Shown: in pieces, positions 38,276 through 47,481 of the stretch
Layout: every line of letters starts with the position of its first letter
Position numbering within the stretch: the first letter of the stretch is position 1
Source of the DNA: Candidatus Daviesbacteria bacterium GW2011_GWA1_41_61
Lineage (GTDB): Bacteria > Patescibacteriota > Microgenomatia > Daviesbacterales > UBA10151
DNA length: 64,000 nucleotides
Direction of reading: 5' to 3'
Assembly (NCBI GenBank): GCA_000997385.1
Contig: LCBT01000001.1
Coordinates: 307,663 to 371,662, forward strand
Program-made: the position numbers and the translations under genes
The notes under the pieces: model-generated
The model's database searches: none
Seen by the model: only the letters and a program-made list of their open reading frames with translations
What the model was told of the DNA's origin: nothing

Positions 38276-39124
38276 ATGGATAAACTTGAAGATTTACAGA
38301 CACCAACATGGTGTCCTGGTTGTGGCAACTTTGGGCTATGGGGGGCTTTTAAAAATGCTGCTTTAAAAAAAGGCTGGGATAACACCAACTCAGTTTTAGT
38401 AGCCGGGATTGGCTGCCATGGTAATATCTTAAACTTTATTCGGCTGACCTCTTTTGAAGGACTCCATGGCCGGGCTTTGCCTTTAGCCACCGGTATAAAA
38501 ATAGCCAACCACCGTCTTAATGTCTTTGTCTTTACCGGAGATGGAGATTGTTTAGGGGAAGGAGGTAATCATTTCATCCATACCTGCAGACGTAATCATA
38601 ATTTAACTGTTTTACTTCATAACAATGCTATTTATGGGCTGACCACCGGTCAAACTACCCCCACCTCTCCTCACAGCTTCAAATCTAAATCTACCCCCCA
38701 GGGTAACCCGGACTGGCCCATCTCTCCTTTAGGTTTGGCCATAGCTTCTGGAGCTACCTTTGTAGCCCGGGGTTATAGCGGCAACCTACCTAAGTTAACC
38801 GAGCTGATTATTCAAGCCAATGAGCACCAAGGGTTATCCGTAGTAGAGATCCTCCAACCCTGTACTACTTGGAATAAGGAGTATACTCATCCTTTCTTTC
38901 AGGAAAATACTTACTTCTTGGGCGAAAACCACGACACTTCCAGCAAAGAAGCCGCTTTTGACAAATCCTTACAGTGGGGAGTCAAACAAATTCCCCTAGG
39001 GATTTTTTACCAGGTAGAAGCTCCTACCTTCGAGTCCCAGTTGCTACAAATAGCCGAAAAACCCTTAATAGAAAGCTCTCCTAAGGGGAGAGACCTCTCT
39101 GAGCTACTTAAAAAATATACTTAG
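38276..39124 (+). CDS. 2-oxoacid:ferredoxin oxidoreductase beta subunit (TPP-binding)
   Basis: CPGCGNFG Cys motif and TPP-binding GDGDC...GGNHFIH. Confidence 0.85.
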   Translation: MDKLEDLQTPTWCPGCGNFGLWGAFKNAALKKGWDNTNSVLVAGIGCHGNILNFIRLTSFEGLHGRALPLATGIKIANHRLNVFVFTGDGDCLGEGGNHFIHTCRRNHNLTVLLHNNAIYGLTTGQTTPTSPHSFKSKSTPQGNPDWPISPLGLAIASGATFVARGYSGNLPKLTELIIQANEHQGLSVVEILQPCTTWNKEYTHPFFQENTYFLGENHDTSSKEAAFDKSLQWGVKQIPLGIFYQVEAPTFESQLLQIAEKPLIESSPKGRDLSELLKKYT

Positions 39125-39134
39125 TCCATTAAAA

Positions 39135-39181
39135 AAAGTTCAAATTTTTTAAGGTTTTTTTTTCTTCAAAATTTGAACTTT
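39135..39181. repeat. 14-bp perfect inverted repeat (AAAGTTCAAATTTT ... AAAATTTGAACTTT) with a T-rich loop, probably a terminator after the OFOR operon
   Basis: Visible directly. Follows the stop codon at 39124. Confidence 0.4.
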
Positions 39182-39525
39182 GGCTCATAGTTCTGGTATT
39201 ATTTCTAAATCATATGGCTAGAGAAGTACATACACCAGATTTTGGACAGCAATTGTTATTTGAAACAACAGCGGAAACCCAACAAGCAGGTTTCGTCGAG
39301 CCGATTATGAAACTATTGACGTAGTAAAAAGAGACTTGGGAAATGATTGTTCGTGGGCGTTAAGTCTAAAAAATGATATTGATAGAGAAATTGAATGGAG
39401 TGATATAATGTGATGAATATATTCAACAAAATAGAAACTGTTTAACTCAAGGCTTTGTAGAGTCATTAGAAGCTACCCTTTCTGATTTGAGTGATTTACG
39501 GAAAGGGGGTTAGAACCAAGATAAT

Positions 39526-40074
39526 ATGTCAGCAGAACATCAACATCAAGAAAAGTGGTTAGGATTACGATTTGTCAGAATTGAAGATTTATTATTAAGT
39601 GATATACAAGAATACCTAGCTGAATGGAGATTGGAAGTAGTTCGAATGAAAGATGTATTTCCAGAAGGATTTGAGCCTTTTACAATTACCCTTCCTTCCC
39701 GAGATTCGAATTATACTGGTGGTGGGTTAGTAAGACATATTCCTGTTACCTTAGGAGCAGGAGTGAAAGGTACTCCTGAAGAAATTATATCTTGGGATTT
39801 TTCTAGATTAGTAGCATGTGGAAATAGGTTTAAACTTAGTGTATTACAACCAAGCAAAGCTTTGAATTTACATATATTTACTACCTATCCAAATAATTGG
39901 GATAGATATAATGATATGGCTATAGGGATGCGTGATCTTGAATGGGCAGAATTAGATAGTAAAAATAGAGAGATGACACTTAGGTCTAGGGATGCTTCGT
40001 ACAAAATTGAGTCCAATGGAAGACATATTTTTACTCACAGAGGTATCCCAATGGAATCTGCTTTTAACCCTTAG
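39526..40074 (+). CDS. hypothetical protein (182 aa)
   Basis: No family recognised. The ribosome-binding site is weak. Confidence 0.35.
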   Translation: MSAEHQHQEKWLGLRFVRIEDLLLSDIQEYLAEWRLEVVRMKDVFPEGFEPFTITLPSRDSNYTGGGLVRHIPVTLGAGVKGTPEEIISWDFSRLVACGNRFKLSVLQPSKALNLHIFTTYPNNWDRYNDMAIGMRDLEWAELDSKNREMTLRSRDASYKIESNGRHIFTHRGIPMESAFNP

Positions 40075-40165
40075 TATGTAAAATAATTGAGTAAATCAAT
40101 CTCATTTTGAACAGACATCTCAGCTATTGCAAATTTAAATTTCGGTCCTTATACTTTAAAAAGTC

Positions 40166-40513
40166 ATGGATGAACAAACCAACAATCCACAAGCCCCAGC
40201 AACGCCACCAGTTGATCCTGATCAAATCCGGACTAGTCATCAACCAAATCAACCTACAGAACAACCAACTGGTGACCAAGAAGTCCAAATAGGGAATTAT
40301 AAAGTTCAGGTTAAACGGAGTCTTTGTATCGGAGCTGCCTCTTGTGTAGCCATTTCTCCTACCACTTTCCAGCTGGATGGTGAAAATAAAGCTGTTATCC
40401 AGCAAGGTAGCACTGACAGTGAAAATAATATTTTAATGGCAGCCCAGGCCTGTCCAACTAAAGCTATTGTTATTGTTGATACCCAAACCAATAATCAAAT
40501 TTGGCCTGAGTAG
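40166..40513 (+). CDS. single-cluster ferredoxin with a Pro/Gln-rich N-terminal extension
   Basis: C-x2-A-x2-C ... CP pattern (CIGAASC ... AQACPTKAI), as in [3Fe-4S]/[4Fe-4S] ferredoxins with one Cys replaced. Confidence 0.55.
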   Translation: MDEQTNNPQAPATPPVDPDQIRTSHQPNQPTEQPTGDQEVQIGNYKVQVKRSLCIGAASCVAISPTTFQLDGENKAVIQQGSTDSENNILMAAQACPTKAIVIVDTQTNNQIWPE

Positions 40514-40530
40514 TATTAAATTATTTTAAG

Positions 40531-41448
40531 ATGACCTCCAACCACACTAGAGGAATATATTTAGCCTTAGTTGCAGCTTTCATTTCCGGAGTAGCCATCT
40601 TTGTCAATAAGTTTGCCGTCGGTATAATTACCCCTCCTTTAGTCTTTACCGCCACCAAAAACACCGCTGTTGGACTGCTAATTTTGGGTCTTCTACTTTT
40701 GACCAGGAAGTGGAAAGAAGTTAAAAACCTCAGCCGCCGTGAATCACTTTATTTAATATTAATCGGTATTGTGGGCGGATCAATCCCTTTTTATCTTTTT
40801 TTCACCGGGTTGTCTGAAGTTTCTGCCACGAGCAGCGCTTTAATTCATAAAACTTTAGTCTTTTGGGTGGCCATACTGGCAGTGGTCTTTCTTAAAGAAA
40901 AACTATCTAACTGGCAAATTTTAGCAGTGATGCTTTTATTTGGCAGCAATTTTATCATCGGAGGGTTTCAAGGATTTGCCTTTTCTAAAGGAGAACTTTT
41001 AATACTTATCGCCACCATCCTTTGGGCAATAGAAAATATTCTGGCCAAAAAAATATTACCTTCAGTTGATCCCGATATTGTAATTGCAGCCAGGATGGGA
41101 TTTGGGTCTTTAATACTTTTGAGTACTGCCGTAGTTACAGAGCCCACAGCTTTAGGTAAAATTTTAGTCCTTACTCCCAGCCAATGGTTTTGGATGATTC
41201 TCACTGCAGCCACACTTTTAGGTTATGTAATGAGTTGGTACCGGGCCTTAAAACTGGCCCCGGCTATTACCGTCGCTTCGGTTTTAGTTGCCTCCACCAT
41301 AGTCACCAATATCCTCTCGGCAGTTTTTATTACCCGGGTTTGGACTTTAGAGATGGCTTTTCAATCTGGGTTAATACTGGTAGGTCTTTTAATCTTTTAC
41401 TTTGCCGCTAAAAGATTAAAAACTACGGCCAAGATAGCCACAGTTTAA
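40531..41448 (+). CDS. DMT-superfamily (EamA-like) transporter
   Basis: Ten predicted transmembrane helices and a duplicated EamA organisation. Confidence 0.8.
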   Translation: MTSNHTRGIYLALVAAFISGVAIFVNKFAVGIITPPLVFTATKNTAVGLLILGLLLLTRKWKEVKNLSRRESLYLILIGIVGGSIPFYLFFTGLSEVSATSSALIHKTLVFWVAILAVVFLKEKLSNWQILAVMLLFGSNFIIGGFQGFAFSKGELLILIATILWAIENILAKKILPSVDPDIVIAARMGFGSLILLSTAVVTEPTALGKILVLTPSQWFWMILTAATLLGYVMSWYRALKLAPAITVASVLVASTIVTNILSAVFITRVWTLEMAFQSGLILVGLLIFYFAAKRLKTTAKIATV

Positions 41449-41452
41449 ACTC

Positions 41453-42157
41453 TTAAAACAACAACCGCAGTGTTTCCTTAGTCCAAAAAGAAAGCTTTTC
41501 TTCTTCCTTCTTCGTTAAAATCTTGACCACCAAATTCCAATGAACCGCCACAATGTGGCCAATTTGCAGCCCGGGAACAAAGCTCTTATCAAACGGGACA
41601 CTGCAACCTCTGACTGTTAGTTGATAACCTAAACCTTCTTCCTTTAAAGAGTTTAAACTGATCTGGGCTTTTGGGCCAACTATCTTTTCCACCTTCCCCC
41701 AACGGATCATACAGTTATTAATGGAATCTAAATTAAAAGGAACCGACCCGCTGACCCGGCCAACCCCAACGTGTAACACCTGAAACAGGTGGTTAGGGAT
41801 AAATACCTTAGGTTTCTTTTGTTTTAGTTCTTCTATCAAAAAACCTGGTACCCCTTGTTTTTCCAAGTTCTCTAAAAGAAGCTGATAATCCTCCACTTTG
41901 GCTTTTTTAAGTTGATCATTTCCCAACCAATAACTTTCTATCACCTCATAAGAAAAAATTGGTAAATTAGTAATGGCGGAGATCGTTTTCAGGTATGGAT
42001 AAAGGCCGATAAATTTGGAAATCTCTTTCTCTATTTCTTGACACTCTCCCCCAATAACACATCTTTTAAATTTTGCCGGGGCACTATCTTTTCCGCAATA
42101 ACCCAAGAAGTTAGGTGGCAGAGCAAAACGGGAAACCAATTGTAGATTCTTACTCAT
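41453..42157 (-). CDS. hypothetical protein adjacent to the hydrogenase cluster
   Basis: 234 aa, no family recognised. Confidence 0.4.
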   Translation of the reverse strand: MSKNLQLVSRFALPPNFLGYCGKDSAPAKFKRCVIGGECQEIEKEISKFIGLYPYLKTISAITNLPIFSYEVIESYWLGNDQLKKAKVEDYQLLLENLEKQGVPGFLIEELKQKKPKVFIPNHLFQVLHVGVGRVSGSVPFNLDSINNCMIRWGKVEKIVGPKAQISLNSLKEEGLGYQLTVRGCSVPFDKSFVPGLQIGHIVAVHWNLVVKILTKKEEEKLSFWTKETLRLLF

Positions 42158-42203
42158 CCGCCTTAAATCATACTACATGGTGATGGTAAAATTAAACTTA
42201 AAG

Positions 42204-42605
42204 ATGAAAGTTTATGTTTTTGGAAATCAAGACCTCCCCCAGGACAATTTGGCCTTTCAAGTAGCTGATAAACTTCAAAACAAGATCAAAGGTGTGGAGT
42301 TTACAACAGTCAAGCTAAATGAAGATTTACCGTTTACTGATGAAAAACAGGTAGTAATTTTAGACACAGTTGAGGGGATAAAAAAAGTAGAGATTATTGA
42401 TGAAAACGATCTGGACAAATTAACTTTATCGCCTAAAACCTCGGTCCATGATTTTGATTTAGGATTTCAACTGAAGTACTTAAAAAAACTGGATAAGTTA
42501 CAAAAAGTGACTATTATCGGCTTGCCGCCAAAAGGAGAAATTAACTACTTTCTGATCCAGTCAATCTTAAGAAAGTTAGTGGCACAAGACATGCAGGGAT
42601 CGTAA
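42204..42605 (+). CDS. hydrogenase maturation protease (HycI/FrhD-like)
   Basis: VFGNQDLPQDNLAFQVADKL and TSVHDFDLG motifs resemble the GNxLxxDDG...SxH pattern of [NiFe] large-subunit C-terminal endopeptidases. Confidence 0.65.
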   Translation: MKVYVFGNQDLPQDNLAFQVADKLQNKIKGVEFTTVKLNEDLPFTDEKQVVILDTVEGIKKVEIIDENDLDKLTLSPKTSVHDFDLGFQLKYLKKLDKLQKVTIIGLPPKGEINYFLIQSILRKLVAQDMQGS

Positions 42606-43846
42606 GCCCGGATAATCTTCTCAGCATCAAGACGCAGAGTTTGTTCATCCTTATCCAAATTTTCATTGAAGTATTTTTTTAAATCACTTTCAATATTGAT
42701 CTGGTTTTGGGCAGTCGGCACAATCACATCATAATCTTCAATCAGCCCTTTCTCACCTACTACCGCTTTGTGATACAAAATACCCCGGGGGGCTTCCACC
42801 ACTCCGACCCCTATTCCGGCCTGGAAAGACTTTCTGACCGGGCCCTCTTGATTAATGCGGATAGTTTTGAGGATATCTAAGGCATCATCAACACATTGCA
42901 GTATTTCTATGGCTTGAGCCAGATTGTTATGATAAATATTATTAGAAGGGAATGTCTGCAAATAAGTTTGACAATCCATCTTGGTTTGAGGATGGAGTAG
43001 ATCTTTATTGAAATTAATTCTGGCCAAAGCTCCCACCAGGTAGTCCTCATGGGAATCAGAAAAAACATAACCCTCGGCTTGAGAATAGGGTATAACCACT
43101 GATTTTAAAAAGTCATGGAACTTCTCCTCAGGTACCCGTTTACCGCTGGAATTAATAATCTGCCCCTCGAGAAAATCAAACTGCCGGTCATTCCTTAAAC
43201 ATAAATAATCAGAGTTTCTCATTAAACTCTGAGGCCACTGGGAAAAAGTCTTAATCCCCCTTAAAACTTGCGGCCTGATCGCTTCCAGCTTGGAGATTAG
43301 CTGCGGGAATAAACTTGGATCAGGTAATTTTAAAAATCCGCCAATAGTCGGCAGGGGGGCATGGATGGCTGCTCCAATGATAACATTGGTAATTTCAGTT
43401 CCCGCTTTTTTGATATCAAAGGAGTCATGAAGCAAGGTATATCCGATGTTGCCTGGGTCATCAGGAATATCCAAAATTGAGTCAATACCTAAAATATCCG
43501 GCAGTACAAAAAAATAAAGGTGCAGGGCATGGTCCCGGATGATCAAGCCATCATAAGACAGCCGGCGGAGCAGTTTCGTTTGTTCTGTCACCTTAATCTC
43601 CTGGGATTTTTCCAAAGCCTCCAAAGCAGCAAAAAGATGAGCTACCGAGCAAGTGCCACAGATCCTGGATAAAAAAGAAGGGACCGCAATAAGGGGTTTC
43701 CCTTTAACAGCCTCGGTATAAAAGCGCCGGTAGTCTTTAATAATAAATTTTAAATCCGTCACCACGCCTTCTTCGACAGTCACCTTAAGGCCTGCTGAAC
43801 CTTCAATTTTAGTAATGTTATCAATGGTTATCTGTCGGTTATGCAT
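42545..43846 (-). CDS. [NiFe] hydrogenase large subunit
   Basis: N-terminal RICGTCSVAH (RxCGxCxxxH) and C-terminal DPCMSCATN Ni-binding Cys pairs. 433 aa. Confidence 0.85.
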   Translation of the reverse strand: MHNRQITIDNITKIEGSAGLKVTVEEGVVTDLKFIIKDYRRFYTEAVKGKPLIAVPSFLSRICGTCSVAHLFAALEALEKSQEIKVTEQTKLLRRLSYDGLIIRDHALHLYFFVLPDILGIDSILDIPDDPGNIGYTLLHDSFDIKKAGTEITNVIIGAAIHAPLPTIGGFLKLPDPSLFPQLISKLEAIRPQVLRGIKTFSQWPQSLMRNSDYLCLRNDRQFDFLEGQIINSSGKRVPEEKFHDFLKSVVIPYSQAEGYVFSDSHEDYLVGALARINFNKDLLHPQTKMDCQTYLQTFPSNNIYHNNLAQAIEILQCVDDALDILKTIRINQEGPVRKSFQAGIGVGVVEAPRGILYHKAVVGEKGLIEDYDVIVPTAQNQINIESDLKKYFNENLDKDEQTLRLDAEKIIRAYDPCMSCATNFLKIDWIRK

Positions 43847-44336
43847 CTGGGGAAATATTAAAAAGCTTCAGATATTTAGTTAAGATCTCCAAAAATATTG
43901 ACACAGTCATGGGGCAACCTGGCACCTGATCATCAACCTTAATTACCTCATCCAGTTTCTTTACCTTCTGGCTGTAATCAAAATGATGTAGATAATAAGC
44001 GATTTTTTGATTAACCTCGTCACTGACAAATTCGTTACGGCTGGCAGAGGGCATCCCGGTGCAGGCACAAGCTCCAACTGCTACCACATATTTGGCATGA
44101 CCCCTAATCTTTTTAACTTCCTCTGCCTGGGTATCCGACGAGACAGCTCCCTCAATAAAAGCCACATCAAGACCTGCAATTTCATTTTTTGATTTAAGAG
44201 CCTTTAAATAACGGAACTCCACCACTTTTTTCCATTCATCAAGATGATCATTTAGTAGTTCTGTAAATAAAATAGTGCTGTCTTCACTACAGGTAAAAGA
44301 AAACCAACCAACTACCAGCTTTTTCTGCTGATCCAT
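43839..44336 (-). CDS. [NiFe] hydrogenase small subunit (NuoB-like, single cluster, 165 aa)
   Basis: GACACTG and PGCPM motifs. The first motif reads TCSED instead of CCxxE. Confidence 0.65.
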   Translation of the reverse strand: MDQQKKLVVGWFSFTCSEDSTILFTELLNDHLDEWKKVVEFRYLKALKSKNEIAGLDVAFIEGAVSSDTQAEEVKKIRGHAKYVVAVGACACTGMPSASRNEFVSDEVNQKIAYYLHHFDYSQKVKKLDEVIKVDDQVPGCPMTVSIFLEILTKYLKLFNISPDA

Positions 44337-44382
44337 ACATTTAGTCTACCATAGTATAATTAGGGAGTAATTACATCTCATT

Positions 44383-44595
44383 ATGTGCTTAGCTATTCCT
44401 GGAAAAATCATCAAAGTTGAAAAGCGGCAGGTTTTAGTTCAGTACCCCGGACAGACCCGTTTGGCTTTGGTAGGAGATGAAGCGGTCAAAGTTGGAGACT
44501 GGGTTTTAGTCCAAATGGGAATTGTTATTAAAATTCTTTCTTCTAAAGAAGCCCAAATTGCCCAAAAAAGCTGGATAAAATTTGACAAAAGATAA
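44383..44595 (+). CDS. hypC: hydrogenase maturation factor HypC/HybG
   Basis: MCLAIPGKIIKV N-terminus and 70 aa. Confidence 0.85.
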   Translation: MCLAIPGKIIKVEKRQVLVQYPGQTRLALVGDEAVKVGDWVLVQMGIVIKILSSKEAQIAQKSWIKFDKR

Positions 44596-44773
44596 AAATC
44601 GTCTTATGCTAAGAAGGTCTGCAGGTGCACAGGTAGACTTGCCAAAAAAAGTAGTTGCTCTAGACCTCTGCTTTTGAGGGACATTTCTGCAAAGAGCACA
44701 CGCAAAATAGGTGCTTTTAAATGGGGAAAAGGCTAGTACCGAAAGTGGAGCTTTTTTTCCAAATTGTTGGTAA

Positions 44774-44809
44774 ACAAAAAGGGACCGTAAGAAGTGGGTC
44801 CCTTTTTGT
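44774..44809. terminator. bidirectional rho-independent terminator, directly 3' of rnpB
   Basis: ACAAAAAGGGACC-gtaagaagtg-GGTCCCTTTTTGTT. Confidence 0.7.
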
Positions 44810-44810
44810 T

Positions 44811-45160
44811 CGCTTAGGAAGTCTGTAAGCCAGATTCTGTTTTGGTCAAAATTTCGACCTAGATGAAATCTATCTTTAAAGTGATGCTTACCCCGATTTT
44901 ATCAGGGTTTAAGTCACTCTAACCTCGCCTTTTTAGGCGGGTGCTCCTTACTTTGACTATCGGGCGAGCAGCCCAGTCAATTCTAGGATTACAGCGGGGA
45001 GGATTGCCCTTTTCACTCCGGCTTGACCCGGCATTAGTCTCTGTTGCTCTAACTAGGTCTTACGACTCCTCGCCTTACGGCGGGCACCCTGCTCTGCGCT
45101 GTCTGGACTTTCCTGAGCATACCGGAACGATACACCCTATCATCCAACTTCCTAAGCTGC
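44811..45160 (-). ncRNA. rnpB: RNase P RNA (bacterial type A-like)
   Basis: The minus strand reads AGGAAAGTCCAGAC...GCAGGGTGCC, GAGCAACAGAGAC...CCGGG, GAGTGAAAAGGGC and ...GGAGCACCCGCCTAA, matching conserved P4/P10-12/P15 regions. An 11-bp P1 helix forms between the 5' GCUUAGGAAGU and the 3' ACUUCCUAAGC. A TATAAT box sits at 45165-45170. Not in any ORF. Confidence 0.85.
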
Positions 45161-45189
45161 CCATATTATACCCGAAGTTTGAAAAGTTA

Positions 45190-46170
45190 TCAAATAGGGC
45201 TGGCGATATCTGTTTTTAAAACTTCGCTTAAAATAACTTGGATCACCACAGCTATTGGTACAGCCAGCAAAGCTCCACCAATCCCTAAAAGTCTACCCCC
45301 AATGGTCACCGCTAAAATAACTAAAATAGGGTTTAAACCAACCGCTCTTTTCATCACCTGAGGAACTACGACGTGACTTTCAATCTGCTGGATAGCAAAA
45401 TAAAGTCCGGCTACTATCGCTGCCAAAAACGGTGAGGTAGTAAGAGCGATCAGGATAGCGGGAATAGCCGCAATAATCGGTCCAATTACCGGCACTACCT
45501 CAAGCAAGGCTCCTAAAATAGCTAAAGGCAAGGCAAACTCAACCCCTAAAAGTACCAAACCAACATAATAGAAAACCCCCACTAAAACCGAGAGGAACAG
45601 TTGCCCCCGCAGCCAAGCTCCCAACTTCTCCTCCAGTTTACCAATAAGCTTTCCCACCTGCTGCTGGCGACCAGCAAAAAATGAAGCTACAAGATTCTCT
45701 ATCTTTTCCCGGTCTAAAAGCAGATAAAACGTCAGTACAACCACTGTAGCAAAGGCAATTAAATTCCCAAAAAAGCTAAGAATAAAATCAATGATCCGCC
45801 GGGAAAACTCTGAGAACTCTTGGCGGACAATGGATTGATCAATAAAGTTGGTCTGAAGTAACGAGGAAGTAGCTTCAGCTAACCTTTGAGTTAAACTGCT
45901 TGTTTGGTTTAAAAGAGGAGTCAGTCCCACCGCTATCAGGCTGGAAAAACTCCCTATAACCAGGATGAAGATCAGGGCAATGGCTAAAGGCCGGGGGATC
46001 TTCCATTTGGCTAACCTTTCCACCAAAGGGGCTAAAGCAGACATTAAGATAAAGGCCAAAAAGATTAATAGGATAATATCTAAAATTAAAAAAAGCACCC
46101 ACAGAAGGAGTAAAAACCCAGCCACAAAGAAAATGGTTTTATGAGAGATATCAATCTTTCTTGTCATCAC
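45190..46170 (-). CDS. AI-2E family transporter (PerM/YhhT-like)
   Basis: Eight-transmembrane topology and conserved AI-2E/UPF0118 organisation. Confidence 0.75.
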   Translation of the reverse strand: MMTRKIDISHKTIFFVAGFLLLLWVLFLILDIILLIFLAFILMSALAPLVERLAKWKIPRPLAIALIFILVIGSFSSLIAVGLTPLLNQTSSLTQRLAEATSSLLQTNFIDQSIVRQEFSEFSRRIIDFILSFFGNLIAFATVVVLTFYLLLDREKIENLVASFFAGRQQQVGKLIGKLEEKLGAWLRGQLFLSVLVGVFYYVGLVLLGVEFALPLAILGALLEVVPVIGPIIAAIPAILIALTTSPFLAAIVAGLYFAIQQIESHVVVPQVMKRAVGLNPILVILAVTIGGRLLGIGGALLAVPIAVVIQVILSEVLKTDIASPI

Positions 46171-47125
46171 CTGGATAGTACCATGAATCCACTAAATTTT
46201 CTACTTTCTCATGATAAGTAAGAGTTGTTATATCAAACCAATGAATATCTGGTTCTTTTTGAAACCAGGTCATCTGTCTTTTGGCATATTGGTGGATTTT
46301 TGTTTGAAGCTGAGTAGTAAATTGTTCATTGCTAAGTACCCCACTTAAAAGGTCAGCCATCATCCCATACTCCAAACCTAGCTCCTTCATTCTTTGAAGA
46401 CTTAAACCCTTTTCATGAAGATTCTCCCCTTCCTCAATCAACCCTTGTTGAATTCGGGAAAGCAAACGTAGATCAATTCGTTCATATAGAACCGGTCGGG
46501 GAGCAGTTAGTCCAATTTTTAACATATTCCATTTTTTACTTTTAATTTTTAACTTTTTATTTGTCTTTCTGTATGGATACGTGTATATTATCTCAATGGA
46601 GCGGAGGATTCTACGGGGATTTTTCTTATCCGACTGATTTAAACTTGCCCATTTGGTAGGGGAGAGTGATTGTAATTTTTGTTGAAGTTCTTTTAAAGAA
46701 AGTTTTTGTAACTCCCCTCTTAAATTCTCATCCATAGGAATATCTAAAGAAGCAAAGCCCTCCAAAAGACCCTTAACATAAAAACCTGTCCCTCCCACTA
46801 CAATAGGCAATCTACCTCTTTTAATTACATCCTCCACAATCTTACCAGCTTGCAGGACATAATCTTTGACTGTAAATTGCTGTTTTGGATTCACCACATC
46901 ATACATCCAAACTTTAGTCCCATCCATCTCCCAAAAGCCATCACCTCTTTTAACCTCCACCTCTCTTCCAGGAAGTTTTCCTGTTCCAATATCCAACCCT
47001 TTATAAACCTGCCTGGAATCAGCAGAAATTAACTCTCCCGAAAACTTCTTTGCCAAAGATAAGGCCAGATCAGTTTTCCCCGTAGCTGTTGGCCCTAAAA
47101 TGACTAAAAGTTTATGTTTATCCAT
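46151..47125 (-). CDS. miaA: tRNA dimethylallyltransferase
   Basis: P-loop GPTATGKT and SADSRQVYKGLDIGTGK. Confidence 0.9.
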   Translation of the reverse strand: MDKHKLLVILGPTATGKTDLALSLAKKFSGELISADSRQVYKGLDIGTGKLPGREVEVKRGDGFWEMDGTKVWMYDVVNPKQQFTVKDYVLQAGKIVEDVIKRGRLPIVVGGTGFYVKGLLEGFASLDIPMDENLRGELQKLSLKELQQKLQSLSPTKWASLNQSDKKNPRRILRSIEIIYTYPYRKTNKKLKIKSKKWNMLKIGLTAPRPVLYERIDLRLLSRIQQGLIEEGENLHEKGLSLQRMKELGLEYGMMADLLSGVLSNEQFTTQLQTKIHQYAKRQMTWFQKEPDIHWFDITTLTYHEKVENLVDSWYYPGDDKKD

Positions 47126-47145
47126 AGAAGATTAAAGAAGTTATT

Positions 47146-47469
47146 TTACTCTGATTTGCCAAAAATCCAGGGAGTTTTACTTTTTTTAGTTTTAAGTTGT
47201 TTGTCTAAAAGCCTTCTTAAACCCCTTTTTTCAGCCATTCTGGCTACTCTAACCACGGTATCAGTTCCTACTTTAGCCTGTTGGGCTATTTTCCTGATAG
47301 ACAATCCTTCCTCTAAAAGATTAATAATTAACAGGCGTTGTTTAACCATCCTAATCTCAGAGTCTGTTAAAAGCTCTTTAATGAGGTGGTCTGGTACATT
47401 AATATTATGCTCAGTTGATGGTTTTGACATGTATGGATTCATACTATAATGGTAGAGTAGAGAAGTCAA
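47146..47469 (-). CDS. YerC/YecD (TrpR-like) helix-turn-helix protein
   Basis: LSIRKIAQQAKVGTDTVVRVARM helix-turn-helix. About 100 aa. Confidence 0.6.
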   Translation of the reverse strand: MTSLLYHYSMNPYMSKPSTEHNINVPDHLIKELLTDSEIRMVKQRLLIINLLEEGLSIRKIAQQAKVGTDTVVRVARMAEKRGLRRLLDKQLKTKKSKTPWIFGKSE

Positions 47470-47481
47470 GAAAGAAATTAA

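Noticed and set aside
44600-44773. Possible second small RNA between hypC and the rnpB terminator (near-palindrome GTCTGCAGGTGCACAGGTAGAC, weak hairpin AGCAC...GTGCT-TTTT)
   Set aside because: The stems are short and imperfect, and no conserved ncRNA motifs (SRP RNA AGCAG / GGAA, 6S) were recognised. Likely just the hypC 3' UTR.
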